Assembly (NCBI GenBank): GCA_030390025.1
Contig: CM059432.1
Span: forward strand, 66,404,001-66,468,000
Direction: 5' to 3'
Source: Squalus acanthias
Taxonomy: Eukaryota
Length of the DNA stretch: 64,000 bases
The notes under the pieces were generated by a model. The model saw only the letters and a list, made by a program, of their open reading frames with translations, searched no databases and was not told where the DNA came from. Positions within the stretch are counted from its first letter, which is position 1. The number at the start of each line of letters is the position of its first letter. Of the stretch, positions 62,861 to 64,000 are shown one piece after another. A program made the translations under genes and the position numbers.

Positions 62861-64000
62861 TGCGTATTCATCAAATTCTGTTGTGTCACTCTATTTTACC
62901 AATGATCCTGATGTAGTCTTGAATAGTTAATAAAACTACAGAATGTCGAGGTGGGCACATTTATGTATTTGTCCACTGAAGCCTATCAACATAAGAAGGT
63001 AGGAATACGAAAAGGCCATTTTGCCTATTAAGCTCACCTTATCATTGAGGTTCCCATTTTTGAATCCAGGCAGATCATTTTAATTTCCATACTGTCTTGA
63101 CATCAAACTCACATCCCTTTACTCCCTCCTGAGTTAAGAATTTGTCGATTTTCATTTTGAAAAATTCAATGGTGTCAGCATTTGCTGCAGTGAGTTGCAG
63201 TCTATTCAATAAAACAACATGATTAAATGCAAAAACATTACTTTTCTAGTTATTGTCACTCTTCATAGCTTGCATTCAGGTTCCCTGGTTCTCTGCAACA
63301 CAAAGAATTTCTCTACATTCAACTTTTTAATTCCCTCCATGATTTTAAAATCTTGGATAAGAGCTGATCATTCAGAACTGACAACACAGTTAATTACTTT
63401 ACTTTCCTACTTAGCTACTTCATTATCAAATAGACAACTTCCTTTTTATCTTGTGTGGGAAAATATTGGGATTGTTTTTGTGGCCAATAAATCCAAGTCA
63501 ACACAAATTTATGATTGGATAAATTAATTATTTAATAATAAAATAAAGGTTAACGTGAGAAAATGTAATACTAACCCATAATTTTAAGTGTCAATGTAAG
63601 CGTGGATGACTTTTTTTCATTACCTTTAATTATAAATTTTGGACCATATTGGATTAATTATGTCAATAAAAAGGAATACTGTAATAGTATCCTCTGGCTA
63701 AGTTTCCTGCCTGAGTATCTATTCCTATCCATAGCTTAGGACCTAGCCTCAATCATTTGAGTGTCACCAGGAGAGACTTCCACTCCATCTTATTCCTGTT
63801 CAGAAGTTGTGCCTTCCTTCTTCCCGCTCATGGAAACTTGCTGCATCCAAGTGTCTCTACATGTGTAGCTGACATTCTGTTTCCTGTTCTCTAGCTGGGG
63901 ATAGTTTTTTTTTCCAAGGCTGACACACCATCTGTGCTCAATCGCTGGTTCTTCCCCGCTCACTTTTCCAAGATTTTGAAATATAGGTACCTTACACTTC

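Overview
This is repeat-dense eukaryotic DNA, most likely from a cartilaginous fish. That inference rests on SacSINE1/DeuSINE-type SINEs and shark-type CR1, L2, RTE and Penelope-like fragments. No host protein-coding gene is recognisable; there is only one candidate 24-nt microexon. Most of the window is transposable elements. These are: many 5'-truncated CR1 LINEs; L2 and RTE 3' ends; a full-length DD32D pogo/Tigger transposon (29168-32084); two long ERV-type solo LTRs with 4-bp TSDs; two adjacent Ty3/Gypsy LTR retrotransposons; and a dense PIF/Harbinger population, comprising one near-complete two-gene element (54079-58302), three copies of one shared internal-deletion family, truncated copies and several hairpin-rich MITEs. 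The most unusual object is the young Gypsy element at 44832-49311. It has 194-bp LTRs with 2 mismatches and an uninterrupted 1316-aa gag-pol ORF, but no tRNA primer-binding site. At the PBS position it carries an 11-nt sequence exactly complementary to a segment of its own LTR, suggesting self-priming. It also has a YLDN RT motif and a duplicated PPT/U3 edge. All coordinates were read by eye; family names come from motif recognition, not database searches.
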